64,000 bases of DNA from Burkholderiales bacterium (GCA_035500055.1 DATJXO010000043.1:245-64244); one strand, 5' to 3'; shown: positions 15,828 through 26,321, numbered from the stretch's first letter. Notes: generated by a model not told the origin, from the sequence alone. Translations and numbers: made by a program.

Positions 15828-17749
15828 ACGCGCTCGAGCGCGCGTTTGCCGCCGGCGGCCCGCTGGCGGCGCAGGTGCCGGGCTACCGCCCGCGGCCGCA
15901 GCAGCTCGAGATGGCGCGCGCGATCCTCGCCGCGATCGAGTCGGGCGGCACGCTCGCAGTCGAGGCCGGCACCGGCACCGGCAAGACCTTCGCCTACCTG
16001 GTGCCGGCGCTGCTCGCCGGCGGCAAGATCGTGGTCTCGACCGGCACGCGCACGCTGCAGGACCAGCTCTATGACCGCGACCTGCCGGCGGTGCGCGAGG
16101 CGCTCGCCGCGGGCGCGAGCACCGCGCTGCTGAAGGGGCGCTCCAACTACGTCTGCCTCTACCGCCTGCAGCGCTCGCTTGCCGAGGGCCGCCTCGAGTC
16201 GCGCGAGGACGCGGCGCAGCTGCGCCGCATCGAGCGCTTCGCGCGCTCGAGCCTCACCGGCGACCGCGCCGACCTCGCCGACGTCCCCGAGAACGCGCCC
16301 GCCTGGCAGCATGCCACCTCGACGCGCGAGAACTGCCTCGGTCAGGAATGCCCGGACTACAAGGACTGCTTCGTGATGCGGGCGCGGCGCAATGCGCTCG
16401 CCGCCGACGTGGTGGTGGTGAATCACCATCTCTTCTTCGCCGACGTCGCGCTGCGCGACGAGGGCGTCGCCGAGCTGCTGCCGGCGTGCAACACCGTGAT
16501 CTTCGACGAGGCGCACCAGCTGACGGAGACCGCGCGCCTGTTCTTCGGCGAGACGCTGTCGACGGCGCAGCTGGTGGAGCTCGCGCGCGACGCGCGCGTC
16601 GAGCTGCGCGCCGCCGGCGGCGCCTCGCCCGAGCTGGAGCGGCTCGCGGGCAGCCTCGACAAGGCGGCGCGCGACCTGCGCCTGGCGCTTCCCAGGGAAG
16701 GCGCGCGCCTCGCCTGGGCGCAGGCGCTGAACGAGCCCGGCTTTGGCGAGGCGCTCGCGGCGCTCGAGCGTGCGCTGCAGGCGCTGCGCGCGCCGCTCGG
16801 CGAGCAGGCCGAGCGCTCCGAGGGCCTGGAGGCGTGCGCGCGGCGCGCCGGGCAGGCGCTGGCGCTGCTCTCGCGCCTCGCCGCGGAGCCGCAAAAGGGC
16901 GACGGTCAGGTGCGCTGGGTGGAGGTGTTCGGCCATTCGGCGCAGCTGCACGTCACCCCGCTGGTGCCCGCGGAGCTGTTCCGCCGCCAGATGGCCGACC
17001 ACCCGCGCGCGTGGATCTTCGCCTCGGCGACGCTCGCGATGGGCGAGGACTTCTCGCTGTTCAAGCGCGAGCTCGGCATCGAGGAGGCGCGCGCCCGCGC
17101 CTGGCCGAGCCCGTTCGACTTCGAGCGCCAGTCGCTGCTGTACTGCCCGCGCGGGCTGCCGCCCGACCCGAACGACCCGGGCTACACCGACGCCGTGGTC
17201 GAGGCGGCGCTGCCGCTCATCCGCGCCAGCCGCGGGCGCGCGTTCCTGCTCTTCACCTCGCACCGCGCCCTGCGGCGCGCGCGCGAGCTGCTCGAGGGCC
17301 GCATCGAGTACCCCCTGCTCGCGCAGGGCAGCGGCTCGCGCAGTGAGCTGCTGGTGCGCTTTCGCGCGCTCGGCAACGCGGTGCTGCTCGGCGCGGCGTC
17401 GTTCTGGGAGGGCGTGGACGTGCGCGGCGAGGCGCTGTCGGTGGTGTTGATCGACAAGCTGCCGTTCGCGCCGCCCGGGGACCCGGTGCTCGCGGCGCGC
17501 ATCGAGGCGCTGCGCGCGGAGGGCGGCAATCCGTTCCTCGATTTCCAGCTGCCGCAGGCGGTGCTGCAGCTGAAGCAGGGGGCCGGGCGCCTGATCCGCG
17601 ACGAGACCGACCGCGGCGTGCTGGCGCTGTGCGACCCGCGGCTCTTCACGCGATCCTACGGCCGCGCGGTGCGCGCCAGCCTGCCGCCGATGAAACTGAC
17701 CCGCGAGCTCGCCGAGGTAGAGGCCTTCTTCGCTAGAATTCCCGCATGA
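15824..17749 (+). CDS. yoaA: ATP-dependent DNA helicase, DinG family (YoaA-like)
   Basis: Collinear with my recollection of E. coli YoaA: FAAGGPLAAQVPGYRPRPQQLEMA..EAGTGTGKTFAYLVPAL..LLKGRSNYVCL..CPDYKDCF..VVVVNHHLFFAD..FWEGVDVRGEALSVVLIDKLPF..LKQGAGRLIRD. The start is uncertain. Homology begins upstream of the first canonical in-frame starts (GTG 15875, ATG 15911), and only CTG 15824 is available there. Confidence 0.8.
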   Translation: MNALERAFAAGGPLAAQVPGYRPRPQQLEMARAILAAIESGGTLAVEAGTGTGKTFAYLVPALLAGGKIVVSTGTRTLQDQLYDRDLPAVREALAAGASTALLKGRSNYVCLYRLQRSLAEGRLESREDAAQLRRIERFARSSLTGDRADLADVPENAPAWQHATSTRENCLGQECPDYKDCFVMRARRNALAADVVVVNHHLFFADVALRDEGVAELLPACNTVIFDEAHQLTETARLFFGETLSTAQLVELARDARVELRAAGGASPELERLAGSLDKAARDLRLALPREGARLAWAQALNEPGFGEALAALERALQALRAPLGEQAERSEGLEACARRAGQALALLSRLAAEPQKGDGQVRWVEVFGHSAQLHVTPLVPAELFRRQMADHPRAWIFASATLAMGEDFSLFKRELGIEEARARAWPSPFDFERQSLLYCPRGLPPDPNDPGYTDAVVEAALPLIRASRGRAFLLFTSHRALRRARELLEGRIEYPLLAQGSGSRSELLVRFRALGNAVLLGAASFWEGVDVRGEALSVVLIDKLPFAPPGDPVLAARIEALRAEGGNPFLDFQLPQAVLQLKQGAGRLIRDETDRGVLALCDPRLFTRSYGRAVRASLPPMKLTRELAEVEAFFARIPA

Positions 17750-18723
17750 AGGTGCTGATCACCGGCGGCGGCGGCTTCCTCGGCTTCAGGCTCGCGAAGA
17801 CGCTGCTTGCGCGCGGCCAGCTCGGCGGCAGGCAGATCTCCTCGATGACCCTGCTGGACGGGGCGTTCCCCCCGGGCGCGGAAAATCTGCCGAAGGCGAG
17901 GGCGGTGAAGGGCGACGTGTCCGATGCCGCGACGCTCGCGGGCGTCTGCACGCCGGACACCGACGCCGTATTCCACCTCGCCGCGGTGGTGAGCGGCGCG
18001 GCCGAGGCCGATTTCGACCTCGGCATGCGGGTGAACTTCCAGGGCACGGCACTGCTGCTGGCGCGGATCAGGCAGAACGCAGCCGTCGGCGGCGGGCCGA
18101 CGCGCATCGTGTACACCAGCTCGGTCGCCGCGTTCGGCGGCGCGCTTCCCGAGGTGCTGGACGACTCGACCATCGCCAACCCGCAGACCTCCTACGGCAG
18201 CCAGAAGGTGATCGGCGAGTACCTGCTCGCCGACTACACGAGAAAGGGCTTTCTCGACGGGCGCTCGTTGCGTCTGCCGACGATCGTGGTGCGCGCCGGC
18301 AAGCCGAACGCTGCGGCGTCGTCCTTCGCCAGCGGCGTGATCCGCGAGCCGCTCAACGGCGTCGTCTCCGAATGCCCGGTGGCCGCCGAGACCGGCGTCT
18401 GGCTGCTGTCGCCGGGGCGCGTGGTCGAGGCTTTCATCCACGCGTGGGAGCTGCCGCCGTCGGCTTGGGGCAGCTACCGCGTCGTCAACCTGCCCGGGAT
18501 CACGGCGAGCGTCGCGGAGATGGTGGAGGCGCTGCGCCGGGTGGCCGGCGACGCGGCCGCGAAGCGCGTCGTCTACAAGCCCGACGCGCGCATCCAGGCG
18601 ATCGTGAAGACCTGGCCGGCCCGCTTCCGCACGCCGCGCGCGCTGGACATGGGCTTCAAGCCGGACCGGAGCGTAGAGCAGGTGATCCGCGACTACATCG
18701 CGGACGAGGGCATCAAGCTCTGA
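17746..18723 (+). CDS. NAD-dependent epimerase/dehydratase (extended SDR) family protein
   Basis: Rossmann motif MKVLITGGGGFLG and a YxxxK region (SYGSQKVIGEYLL). Its ATG overlaps the yoaA stop (ATGA). Confidence 0.75.
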   Translation: MKVLITGGGGFLGFRLAKTLLARGQLGGRQISSMTLLDGAFPPGAENLPKARAVKGDVSDAATLAGVCTPDTDAVFHLAAVVSGAAEADFDLGMRVNFQGTALLLARIRQNAAVGGGPTRIVYTSSVAAFGGALPEVLDDSTIANPQTSYGSQKVIGEYLLADYTRKGFLDGRSLRLPTIVVRAGKPNAAASSFASGVIREPLNGVVSECPVAAETGVWLLSPGRVVEAFIHAWELPPSAWGSYRVVNLPGITASVAEMVEALRRVAGDAAAKRVVYKPDARIQAIVKTWPARFRTPRALDMGFKPDRSVEQVIRDYIADEGIKL

Positions 18724-18729
18724 TCGGCC

Positions 18730-19539
18730 CTACCAGTTCGGGTCCCACAGCTTCCACCACGGGACGTTGTTCGCGACCTTGCCGGTGAGGTACTTGCTGT
18801 TCGGGAAGTTCTTGCGCATGACCCGGTCCGCATCGTCGCGCAGCTCCGTCATGCCGAGGGCGTCGTAGGCCTTGACCATGATGAACACCGCCTCTTCGAT
18901 CGCCGGCGCCTGCGGGTACGTCTTCACGGCGTACTGCGCGCGGTTGGCGGCCGCGATGTAGGCGCCGCGCTTCATGTAGTAGCGCGCCACGTGCACCTCG
19001 TGCTGCGCCAGCGCGTTCACCAGGTAGCGCATGCGCGCCTGCGAATCCGCGGCGTATTTCGAGTCCGGGAAGCGCTTTACCAGTTCCGAGAACGCGTCGA
19101 ACGACTCGCGCGAGCCCTTCGGGTCGCGCTCGGTCATGTCCGGGTCGTCGAGCGCCGAGAGCAGGCCGGAGTTCTCGTTGAAGTTCACCAGCCCCTTGAG
19201 ATAGTAGGCGTAGTCGACGTGGGCGTTGTTCGGGTAGAGCTTGATGAAGCGGTCGGCCGCGGCGACCGCCGAGGCGCGGTCGCTGTTCTTCCAGTAGCAG
19301 TACGCGATGTCGAGTTGCGCCTGCTGCGCGAACCGGCCGTAGGGGTAGCGCGCCTCGAGCTTCTCGAGGTATTTGATCGCCTTGTCCCAGGCCTTGTTGG
19401 CCATAGCGTCCTTCGCCTCGCCGTAGAGCTTCTGCGCCGACCAGCCTTGCGTCTCGTCGGCGTCCTTGGGCTCGAACAGGCCGCAGCCGCCCGCGAGCAG
19501 CAGAACCGCGAGCAGTGCCAGTAAACTGCGTCTTCTCAT
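18730..19539 (-). CDS. bamD: outer membrane protein assembly factor BamD
   Basis: Lipoprotein signal MRRRSLLALLAVLLLAGGC followed by TPR-like LYGEAKDAMANKAWDKAIKYLEKLEARYPYGRFAQQAQLDIAYCYW. The ATG at 19539 is preferred over the TTG at 19545 used by the track. Confidence 0.9.
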   Translation of the reverse strand: MRRRSLLALLAVLLLAGGCGLFEPKDADETQGWSAQKLYGEAKDAMANKAWDKAIKYLEKLEARYPYGRFAQQAQLDIAYCYWKNSDRASAVAAADRFIKLYPNNAHVDYAYYLKGLVNFNENSGLLSALDDPDMTERDPKGSRESFDAFSELVKRFPDSKYAADSQARMRYLVNALAQHEVHVARYYMKRGAYIAAANRAQYAVKTYPQAPAIEEAVFIMVKAYDALGMTELRDDADRVMRKNFPNSKYLTGKVANNVPWWKLWDPNW

Positions 19540-20497
19540 GGGCAAAAATTATACTGCCGGCGCCGCGCCCGACTGGGAGGAGGCGTTCGCCGCGCCGCTC
19601 GAGGCGCGCGTCCCGGCCGCCCTCGGCGGCGTGCGCTTGGACCAGGCGCTGGCGAGAATGTTTCCGCAGTACTCGCGCAACCGCCTGCAGGCGTGGCTCA
19701 AGTCGGGCCACATTCTCGTCGACGGCCGGCGCGCGCAGGGCAGCGCCCGCACCGCCGGCGGCGAGGCCGTGGCGCTGGCGCCGCCCGCGGTGGCCGACGC
19801 CGCGCAACCCGCGGCGCAGGCAATGCCGCTCGCGATCGTGTACGAGGACGAGGACCTGGTGGTCATCGACAAGCCCGCCGGCCTGGTGGTGCACCCCGGC
19901 GCGGGCAATCCCGACCGCACGCTGATGAACGCGCTGCTCGCGCACGCGCCGCCGCTGCGCGGCGTGCCGCGCGCGGGCATCGTGCATCGCCTCGACAAGG
20001 ACACCAGCGGCCTGCTGGTGGTGGCGAAGAACGTCACCGCGCAGGCGCGGCTCGCGGAGCAGCTCGCCACGCGCGCGGCGCGGCGCACGTACCTGGCGGT
20101 GGTGCACGGCGATCCGCCGGCTCGCGGCGCGATCGACGCTCCGATCGGGCGCGACGCGCGAACGCGCACGCGCATGGCGGTGACGCGACGCGGCAAGGAG
20201 GCGCGCACCGGCTACCGCGTGATCGAGCGCTTCGGGAACGCGGCGCTGATCGAATGCCGGCTCGAGACCGGGCGCACGCACCAGATCCGCGTCCACCTGC
20301 AGCACATCCGCTTCCCGTTGGTGGGCGATCCGGTGTACCGCCGCGGCACCCGGCGCGGCGTCGCGTTCGACCGGCAGGCGCTGCACGCGGCGGTGCTCGA
20401 GCTCAGGCATCCGAGGACCGGCGCGCCGATGCGCTGGAGCGCGCCGCTGCCGCGGGACATGGCGCGGCTGATCGAGATGCTGCGGCGTGACGCCTGA
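19538..20497 (+). CDS. rluD: 23S rRNA pseudouridine(1911/1915/1917) synthase RluD
   Basis: S4 domain (RLDQALARMFPQYSRNRLQAWL) and catalytic HRLDKDTSGLLVVAK, plus ETGRTHQIRVHL. The first usable start is ATG 19538. Confidence 0.9.
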   Translation: MGKNYTAGAAPDWEEAFAAPLEARVPAALGGVRLDQALARMFPQYSRNRLQAWLKSGHILVDGRRAQGSARTAGGEAVALAPPAVADAAQPAAQAMPLAIVYEDEDLVVIDKPAGLVVHPGAGNPDRTLMNALLAHAPPLRGVPRAGIVHRLDKDTSGLLVVAKNVTAQARLAEQLATRAARRTYLAVVHGDPPARGAIDAPIGRDARTRTRMAVTRRGKEARTGYRVIERFGNAALIECRLETGRTHQIRVHLQHIRFPLVGDPVYRRGTRRGVAFDRQALHAAVLELRHPRTGAPMRWSAPLPRDMARLIEMLRRDA

Positions 20498-21161
20498 ACT
20501 GATCGTGCCGGATTGGCCCGCGCCGGCGCGGGTACGCGCGCTCGTCACGACGCGCGCGCTCGGCGACGCCGGCAGCGCGCCCGGGCGCGCGCGGCTGCGC
20601 CCGCAGCTGCCTTCGGAGCCGCCATGGCTGCGCCAGGTGCACGGCACCCGCGTGGTCGATGCCGCAAGCGCGGTTCCGGGCGTTGAGGCCGACGCCGCGG
20701 TCGCGCGCCAGGCGAACGTGGTGTGCGCCGTGATGGCGGCCGACTGCATGCCGGTGCTGCTCGCGGACGAGGCCGGCGGCGCAGTCGGCGCGGCGCACGC
20801 CGGCTGGCGGGGCCTCGCGGCGGGAGTGCTCGAGGCTGCCGTGGACGAGATGCGCGTGCCGGGCGCTCGGCTGCTTGCCTGGCTCGGGCCGGCGATCGGC
20901 CCCCGCGCCTACGAAGTCGGCGACGAGGTGCGTGCGGCGTTCGTCGCGCGCGAGGCGCGCGCGGGCAGCGCCTTCGCCCCGTCCCGTCCGGGCCATTGGC
21001 TGCTCGACCTCTACGCTGTCGCGCGCCAGCGGCTCGAGGCGCGCGGCGTGCGGCGCGTGTGGGGAGGCGGCTACTGCACCTTCAGCGAACCGGAGCGCTT
21101 CTTCTCATGGCGGCGCGAGCGCACCGCCGAGCGCATGGTGGCCGCGATCTGGCTCGCGTAG
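20487..21161 (+). CDS. pgeF: peptidoglycan editing factor PgeF (YfiH/polyphenol oxidase family)
   Basis: Motifs VMAADCMPVLL...GAAHAGWRGLAAGVLE...YEVG..V...GYCT are typical of YfiH. The GTG start overlaps the rluD end by 11 nt. Confidence 0.8.
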   Translation: MTPELIVPDWPAPARVRALVTTRALGDAGSAPGRARLRPQLPSEPPWLRQVHGTRVVDAASAVPGVEADAAVARQANVVCAVMAADCMPVLLADEAGGAVGAAHAGWRGLAAGVLEAAVDEMRVPGARLLAWLGPAIGPRAYEVGDEVRAAFVAREARAGSAFAPSRPGHWLLDLYAVARQRLEARGVRRVWGGGYCTFSEPERFFSWRRERTAERMVAAIWLA

Positions 21162-21213
21162 GCCGCTTTCCCGGGGGGCCCGGCTTCTCGCCGGGGCACG
21201 TTGACGGACGGGT

Positions 21214-22917
21214 TTGTGCGGCGCAAAATCACCTGTTACCCAACCCGGACAAGGGCACGTTTTGCAGCCATCGGGCATTGATTTGCCGGGCATTCCCGAC
21301 CCTGCCAGCTGGATCGGCCAGGTGTTTGGAGACCCCTACCGCGTCGCCGCACTGCACTCCGGCTACGCGGCGCAGCAAGCGCAGCTCTGGGGCGCGCTGC
21401 TCGGCGGCGGGGCGCAGGGCGAGCTGCCGCAGCTGGTGGCCCCGGAGCCCGGCGATCGCCGCTTCGCCGACCGCGAATGGCGCGACAACCCCTACTACGC
21501 GTACCTGAAGCAGTCGTACCTGCTGGCGGCGAAGCACCTCGCCGAGCTCGCGGAGCGCGTGCCGCTCGAGGAGAAGGCGAAGGACCGCCTGCGCTTCGCG
21601 GTGCGGCAGTGGTCCGACGCGATGTGCCCGGCGAACTTCGCCGCCACCAACCCGGCGGTGCTGCGCCGCGCGCACGAGTCCGGCGGCGAGAGCCTCGCCA
21701 GCGGCCTCGCCAACCTGATCGCCGACACGCGCCGGCGGCGCATCTCGCAGACGGACGACGCCGCCTTCGAGATCGGCGCGAGCGTCGCCTGCACGCCGGG
21801 CGACGTGGTGTGCCAGAACGAGCTGATGCAGCTGATCCAGTACGCGCCGGCGACGCCGCAGGTGGGCGCGCGGCCGCTGGTGATGGTGCCGCCGTGCATC
21901 AACAAGTACTACATCCTCGACCTGCAGCGCGCGAACTCGTTCGTGCGCTATGCGGTGGAGCAGGGACACACGGTGTTCATGGTCTCGTGGCGCAACGTCG
22001 GCCCCGAGCAAGGGCGGCTCGGCTGGGACGACTATCTCGAAAAGGGGATTTTCGCCGCCTTCGAGGCGGCACGGGAGATCGCCCGGAGCGAGAGCGTGAA
22101 CGCGCTCGGCTTCTGCATCGGCGGCACCCTGCTCGGCGCCGCGCTCGCGGTGCTCTCCCGGCAGGAGCGCAGCTGCGTCGCGAGCGCGACATACCTCACC
22201 ACCATGCTCGATTTCTCCGAGCCCGGCCAGATCGGGGTATTCATCGACGAGCCGAGCCTCGCCCAGCGCGAGGCGGAGATCGGGGCGGGCGGCGTCTTTC
22301 CGGGCGCCGCGCTGTCCAGCGTGTTCTCGGCGCTGCGCGCCAACGACCTGATCTGGCCGTACGTGGTCAACAATTACCTGCTGGGGGGCAAGCCGGCGGC
22401 CTTCGACCTGCTGTACTGGAACTCGGACAGCACCAACCTGCCGGGGCCGATGTACTGCTACTACGTGCGCAATACCTACCTCGAGAACAAGCTGTGCGCG
22501 CCCGGCGCGCTGCGCAACTGCGGGGTCGACGTGGATCTCGGCAGCATCCGGCGCCCGAGCTTCGTCTACGCCAGCCGCGAGGACCACATCGTGCCCTGGC
22601 GCGCGGCCTACCGGTCGCTGGACGCGCTCGGCGGCGACGCCGAGTTCGTGCTCGGCGCGGCGGGACACATCGCCGGCGTGATCAACCCGCCGCAGGCCAA
22701 CCGGCGCAGCCACTGGCACTCGGGCGAGGCAGGGCGCGGCGCGGACGGCTGGCTCGGGAGCGCTCGCGAGGAGCGCGGCAGCTGGTGGCCGCGCTGGGCG
22801 CGGTGGCTGGACCGGTTCAAGGGGGAAACTCGCAAAGCGCCGGCGCAGACCGGCAGCGCGCGCTACCCGGCGCTGGAAGCGGCGCCGGGCAGCTACGTCA
22901 GGCAGAAGGCGGCATAG
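21214..22917 (+). CDS. phaC: class I poly(R)-hydroxyalkanoate synthase PhaC
   Basis: Lipase box [14 protein letters not shown] and [10 protein letters not shown] motifs, about 560 aa. The start is uncertain among TTG 21214 (track), TTG 21262 and TTG 21283. A TTGACG-17 nt-CAAAAT promoter-like element at 21201-21229 would favour a downstream start. Confidence 0.9.
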   Translation: MCGAKSPVTQPGQGHVLQPSGIDLPGIPDPASWIGQVFGDPYRVAALHSGYAAQQAQLWGALLGGGAQGELPQLVAPEPGDRRFADREWRDNPYYAYLKQSYLLAAKHLAELAERVPLEEKAKDRLRFAVRQWSDAMCPANFAATNPAVLRRAHESGGESLASGLANLIADTRRRRISQTDDAAFEIGASVACTPGDVVCQNELMQLIQYAPATPQVGARPLVMVPPCINKYYILDLQRANSFVRYAVEQGHTVFMVSWRNVGPEQGRLGWDDYLEKGIFAAFEAAREIARSESVNALGFCIGGTLLGAALAVLSRQERSCVASATYLTTMLDFSEPGQIGVFIDEPSLAQREAEIGAGGVFPGAALSSVFSALRANDLIWPYVVNNYLLGGKPAAFDLLYWNSDSTNLPGPMYCYYVRNTYLENKLCAPGALRNCGVDVDLGSIRRPSFVYASREDHIVPWRAAYRSLDALGGDAEFVLGAAGHIAGVINPPQANRRSHWHSGEAGRGADGWLGSAREERGSWWPRWARWLDRFKGETRKAPAQTGSARYPALEAAPGSYVRQKAA

Positions 22918-22931
22918 ACCAGGAGGCCATC

Positions 22932-24110
22932 ATGGAAGACATCTATATCGTAGGCGCGGCCCGCACCGCGATCGGCAAGTTCGGCGGCAGTCTCGCCGGC
23001 GTCCCGGCGGCGAAGCTGGGCGCGCACGTCGTGAAGAAGGTGCTGGAGCGCGCCGGCGTCGCGCCGGAGCAGGTATCGGAGGTGATCCTCGGGCAAGTGC
23101 TGGCCGCGGGCGTCGGCCAGAACCCGGCGCGCCAGGCGGCGATCTGGGCCGGGCTGCCGGACATGGTGCCGGCGATGACCATCAACAAGGTCTGCGGCTC
23201 GGGCCTGAAGGCGGCGATGCTCGGCGCGCAGTCGATCGCCAACGGCGACTCCGACATCGTGGTGGCGGGCGGACAGGAATCGATGAGCCAGTCGCCGCAC
23301 GCGCTGATGGGCTCGCGCGACGGCTTCCGCATGGGCGACGCGAAGCTGGTGGACACCATGATCGTCGACGGCCTGTGGGACGTCTACAACCAGTACCACA
23401 TGGGCGTCACCGCGGAGAACGTGGCGAAAGAATACGCGGTCTCGCGCGAGGAGCAGGACGAGTTCGCGGTGAAGAGCCAGAACAAGACCGAGGCCGCGCA
23501 GAAGGCGGGCCGCTTCAAGGACGAGATCGTGGCGTACGAGGTGCCGTCGCGCAAAGGGCCGGTGGTGTTCGGCGACGACGAGTATCCGAGGCACGGCGCC
23601 ACGCTCGAGGCGATGAAGGGCCTCAAGCCCGCCTTCGACAAGAACGGCACCGTAACCGCCGGCAATGCCTCCGGGATCAACGACGGCGCCGCGGCGGTGG
23701 TGCTGTGCTCTTCCGGGAAGTTGAAGGAATTGAATTTGAAGCCCATCGCGAAAATCAGAGCGTTTGCCTCTGCCGGGGTGGACCCGAAGTACATGGGCAT
23801 GGGCCCGGTGCCGGCCTCCAAGCGCTGCCTCGCGCGCGCGGGCTGGGAGCCGAAGGATCTCGACTTGATGGAGATCAACGAGGCCTTCGCGGCGCAGGCC
23901 ATCGCCGTCAACCGGCAGATGGGCTGGGACACCTCGAAGGTCAACGTCAACGGCGGCGCGATCGCGCTCGGCCATCCGATCGGCGCCTCGGGCGCCAGGA
24001 TCCTGGTCACGCTGCTGCACGAGATGCACAAGCGCGGCGCGAAGAAGGGGCTTGCCTCCCTGTGCATCGGCGGCGGCATGGGCGTCGCCATGGCGGTCGA
24101 GCGCCAGTAA
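22932..24110 (+). CDS. phaA: acetyl-CoA C-acetyltransferase (beta-ketothiolase) PhaA
   Basis: ATG 22932 follows [27 protein letters not shown], active-site [10 protein letters not shown] and C-terminal [13 protein letters not shown]. It lies inside the fused track ORF 21477..24110. Confidence 0.9.
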   Translation: MEDIYIVGAARTAIGKFGGSLAGVPAAKLGAHVVKKVLERAGVAPEQVSEVILGQVLAAGVGQNPARQAAIWAGLPDMVPAMTINKVCGSGLKAAMLGAQSIANGDSDIVVAGGQESMSQSPHALMGSRDGFRMGDAKLVDTMIVDGLWDVYNQYHMGVTAENVAKEYAVSREEQDEFAVKSQNKTEAAQKAGRFKDEIVAYEVPSRKGPVVFGDDEYPRHGATLEAMKGLKPAFDKNGTVTAGNASGINDGAAAVVLCSSGKLKELNLKPIAKIRAFASAGVDPKYMGMGPVPASKRCLARAGWEPKDLDLMEINEAFAAQAIAVNRQMGWDTSKVNVNGGAIALGHPIGASGARILVTLLHEMHKRGAKKGLASLCIGGGMGVAMAVERQ

Positions 24111-24130
24111 CCACGAGGAAAGGAAACACG

Positions 24131-24931
24131 ATGCACGTCATGGAACGGCTGAAACAACAAGATCAAGCGGCGCGCGGGCAGGAGGGGGCCGTTCTCCGGC
24201 GCGTGGTCTTCGTCACCGGCGGCATGGGCGGCATCGGCACCGCAATCTGCCGGCGGCTCGCGAGCGCGGGCCACACCATCGTCGCCGGCTGCCTGCCCGA
24301 GTACGACAAGAAGGACGCCTGGCTCGCCGAGATGCGCCGCGACGGCTGGCGCGTGCACGCCGCCGAGGGCGACGTCTCCGACTACGACTCGTGCGCCGAG
24401 ATGTTCTACAACATCCGCTCGGTCGTGGGCGGCGTCGACATCCTGGTCAACAACGCCGGCATCACGCGCGACTCGATCTTCAAGCGCATGACCGAGCGCG
24501 ACTGGAACGTGGTGATCAACACCAACCTGAACAGCGTCTTCAACGTCACCCGCCAGGTGATCGACGGCATGGTCGAGCGCGGCTGGGGCCGCATCGTCAA
24601 CATCTCGTCCGTCAACGCGATCAAGGGCCAGTTCGGGCAGACCAACTACTCGGCGGCCAAGGCCGGCATGGCGGGGTTCTCCAAGGCGCTGGCGCAGGAG
24701 GTGGTGAAGAAGGGCGTGACGGTCAATACCGTGTCGCCGGGCTACGTCGAGACCGACATGGTGATGGCGATCCGGCCGGAGGTGCGCGAGCAGATCGTCG
24801 CCTCGATCCCGATGGGGCGGCTGGCCAGGCCGGAAGAGATCGCGGCGGTGGTCGCGTTCCTGGCCTCCGAGGAGGCCGGCTACATCACCGGCGCGAACAT
24901 TTCCGTGAACGGCGGCATGCACATGATGTAG
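24131..24931 (+). CDS. phaB: acetoacetyl-CoA reductase (SDR), copy 1, with short N-terminal extension
   Basis: VTGGMGGIGTAI, NNAGITRD and SSVNAIKGQFGQTNYSAAKAG motifs. ATG 24131, alternative ATG 24140. Confidence 0.85.
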   Translation: MHVMERLKQQDQAARGQEGAVLRRVVFVTGGMGGIGTAICRRLASAGHTIVAGCLPEYDKKDAWLAEMRRDGWRVHAAEGDVSDYDSCAEMFYNIRSVVGGVDILVNNAGITRDSIFKRMTERDWNVVINTNLNSVFNVTRQVIDGMVERGWGRIVNISSVNAIKGQFGQTNYSAAKAGMAGFSKALAQEVVKKGVTVNTVSPGYVETDMVMAIRPEVREQIVASIPMGRLARPEEIAAVVAFLASEEAGYITGANISVNGGMHMM

Positions 24932-24971
24932 TAGACTGCCCGCGGAATCCGGGCATCGGAGGAGGAGGAAC

Positions 24972-25715
24972 GTGGCACAGAAACTCGCGGTCGTCACCGG
25001 CGGCATGGGCGGTCTGGGCGAATCGATCAGCACGAAGATGGCCGACGCCGGCTACAAGGTGGTGGTGACCTACTCCCCGAGCAACACGAAGCACAAGGCC
25101 TGGCTCGACGAGATGAAGGGGCGCGGCTACGGCTTCTCGGCCTATCCGGTGGACGTCGCCTCCTTCGAGGATTGCGCCGGCAAGTGCGCCCAGATCACGC
25201 GCGACTGCGGCGAGATCGACATCCTGGTGAACAACGCCGGCATCACCCGCGACATGACCTTCAAGAAGATGGGCAAGGGCGACTGGGACGCCGTCATGCG
25301 CACCAACCTCGATTCCTGCTTCAACATGACCAAGCAGGTGATGGACGGCATGGTGGACCGCGGCTGGGGCCGGGTCATCAACGTTTCCTCGGTCAACGGC
25401 CAGAAGGGCGCCTTCGGCCAGACCAACTACTCCGCCGCCAAGGCCGGCATCCACGGCTTCACCAAGGCGCTGGCGCTGGAAGTCGCGAAGAAGGGCGTCA
25501 CCATCAACACCATCTCGCCGGGCTACATCGGCACCAAGATGGTGACTGCGATCCCGAAGGAGATCCTGGACTCGAAGATCCTGCCGCAGATCCCGGTCGG
25601 GCGGCTGGGCAAGCCGGAGGAGATCGCCGGGCTGATCATCTACCTGTGCTCGGAGGAAGCCGCCTTCGTCACGGGCGCCAACATCTCGATCAACGGCGGC
25701 CAGCACATGTATTGA
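24972..25715 (+). CDS. phaB: acetoacetyl-CoA reductase (SDR), copy 2
   Basis: 247 aa, GTG start after GGAGGAGG. VTGGMGGLGESI, NNAGITRD and SSVNGQKGAFGQTNYSAAKAG motifs. Clear paralogue of the upstream gene. Confidence 0.9.
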   Translation: MAQKLAVVTGGMGGLGESISTKMADAGYKVVVTYSPSNTKHKAWLDEMKGRGYGFSAYPVDVASFEDCAGKCAQITRDCGEIDILVNNAGITRDMTFKKMGKGDWDAVMRTNLDSCFNMTKQVMDGMVDRGWGRVINVSSVNGQKGAFGQTNYSAAKAGIHGFTKALALEVAKKGVTINTISPGYIGTKMVTAIPKEILDSKILPQIPVGRLGKPEEIAGLIIYLCSEEAAFVTGANISINGGQHMY

Positions 25716-25727
25716 GGAGTAGACTCG

Positions 25728-26321
25728 ATGTCCGCGATGCCCGAGAAAGACCCTGAGCACGCCGTCCGGCTGATCAAGAAGTACCCCAACCGGCGGCTGT
25801 ACGACACCAAGACGTCGAGCTACATCACGCTCGCGGACGTCAAGCAGATGGTGCTGAAGCAGGAGGAGTTCCAGGTCGTCGACGCCAAGACCAACGACGA
25901 CCTGACGCGCCAGATCCTGCTGCAGATCATCCTCGAGGAGGAATCGAGCGGCATGCCGATGTTCTCCTCCGACCTGCTGTCGCAGATGATCCGGTCCTAC
26001 GGCAGCGCGATGCAGAGCTTCATGGGGCCCTACCTGGAGAAGAACATCGAGGGCTTCCAGCAGATGCAGAAGGCGCTGCAGGAGCAGTCGCAGAAGATCT
26101 ACGGCGACAACTCGCGCGCCTCGCAGGACCTGTGGTCGCAGTTCATGAGCCTGCAGGGGCCCGCGATGCAGAGCCTGATGCAGGCCTACATGGAGCAGAG
26201 CCAGAAGATGTTCGCGCAGTTCCAGGAGCAGATGCAGAGCCAGGCGCGCAACATGTTCTCCGGCCTGCAGTTCCCGGGGTTCCCGCCGCCGCAGGGCAAG
26301 GCCGAGCCGGAGAAGAAGTAG
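25728..26321 (+). CDS. phaR: polyhydroxyalkanoate synthesis repressor PhaR
   Basis: The N-terminal IKKYPNRRLYDTKTSSYITLADVKQMV...LLQIILEEE is the PhaR signature. Confidence 0.9.
   Translation: MSAMPEKDPEHAVRLIKKYPNRRLYDTKTSSYITLADVKQMVLKQEEFQVVDAKTNDDLTRQILLQIILEEESSGMPMFSSDLLSQMIRSYGSAMQSFMGPYLEKNIEGFQQMQKALQEQSQKIYGDNSRASQDLWSQFMSLQGPAMQSLMQAYMEQSQKMFAQFQEQMQSQARNMFSGLQFPGFPPPQGKAEPEKK

Noticed and set aside
21477-24110. 877-aa ORF suggesting a PhaC-PhaA fusion
   Set aside because: Upstream of 22932 it is an alternative frame of phaC (Arg/Gly-rich). phaA has its own AGGAGG-ATG at 22932.
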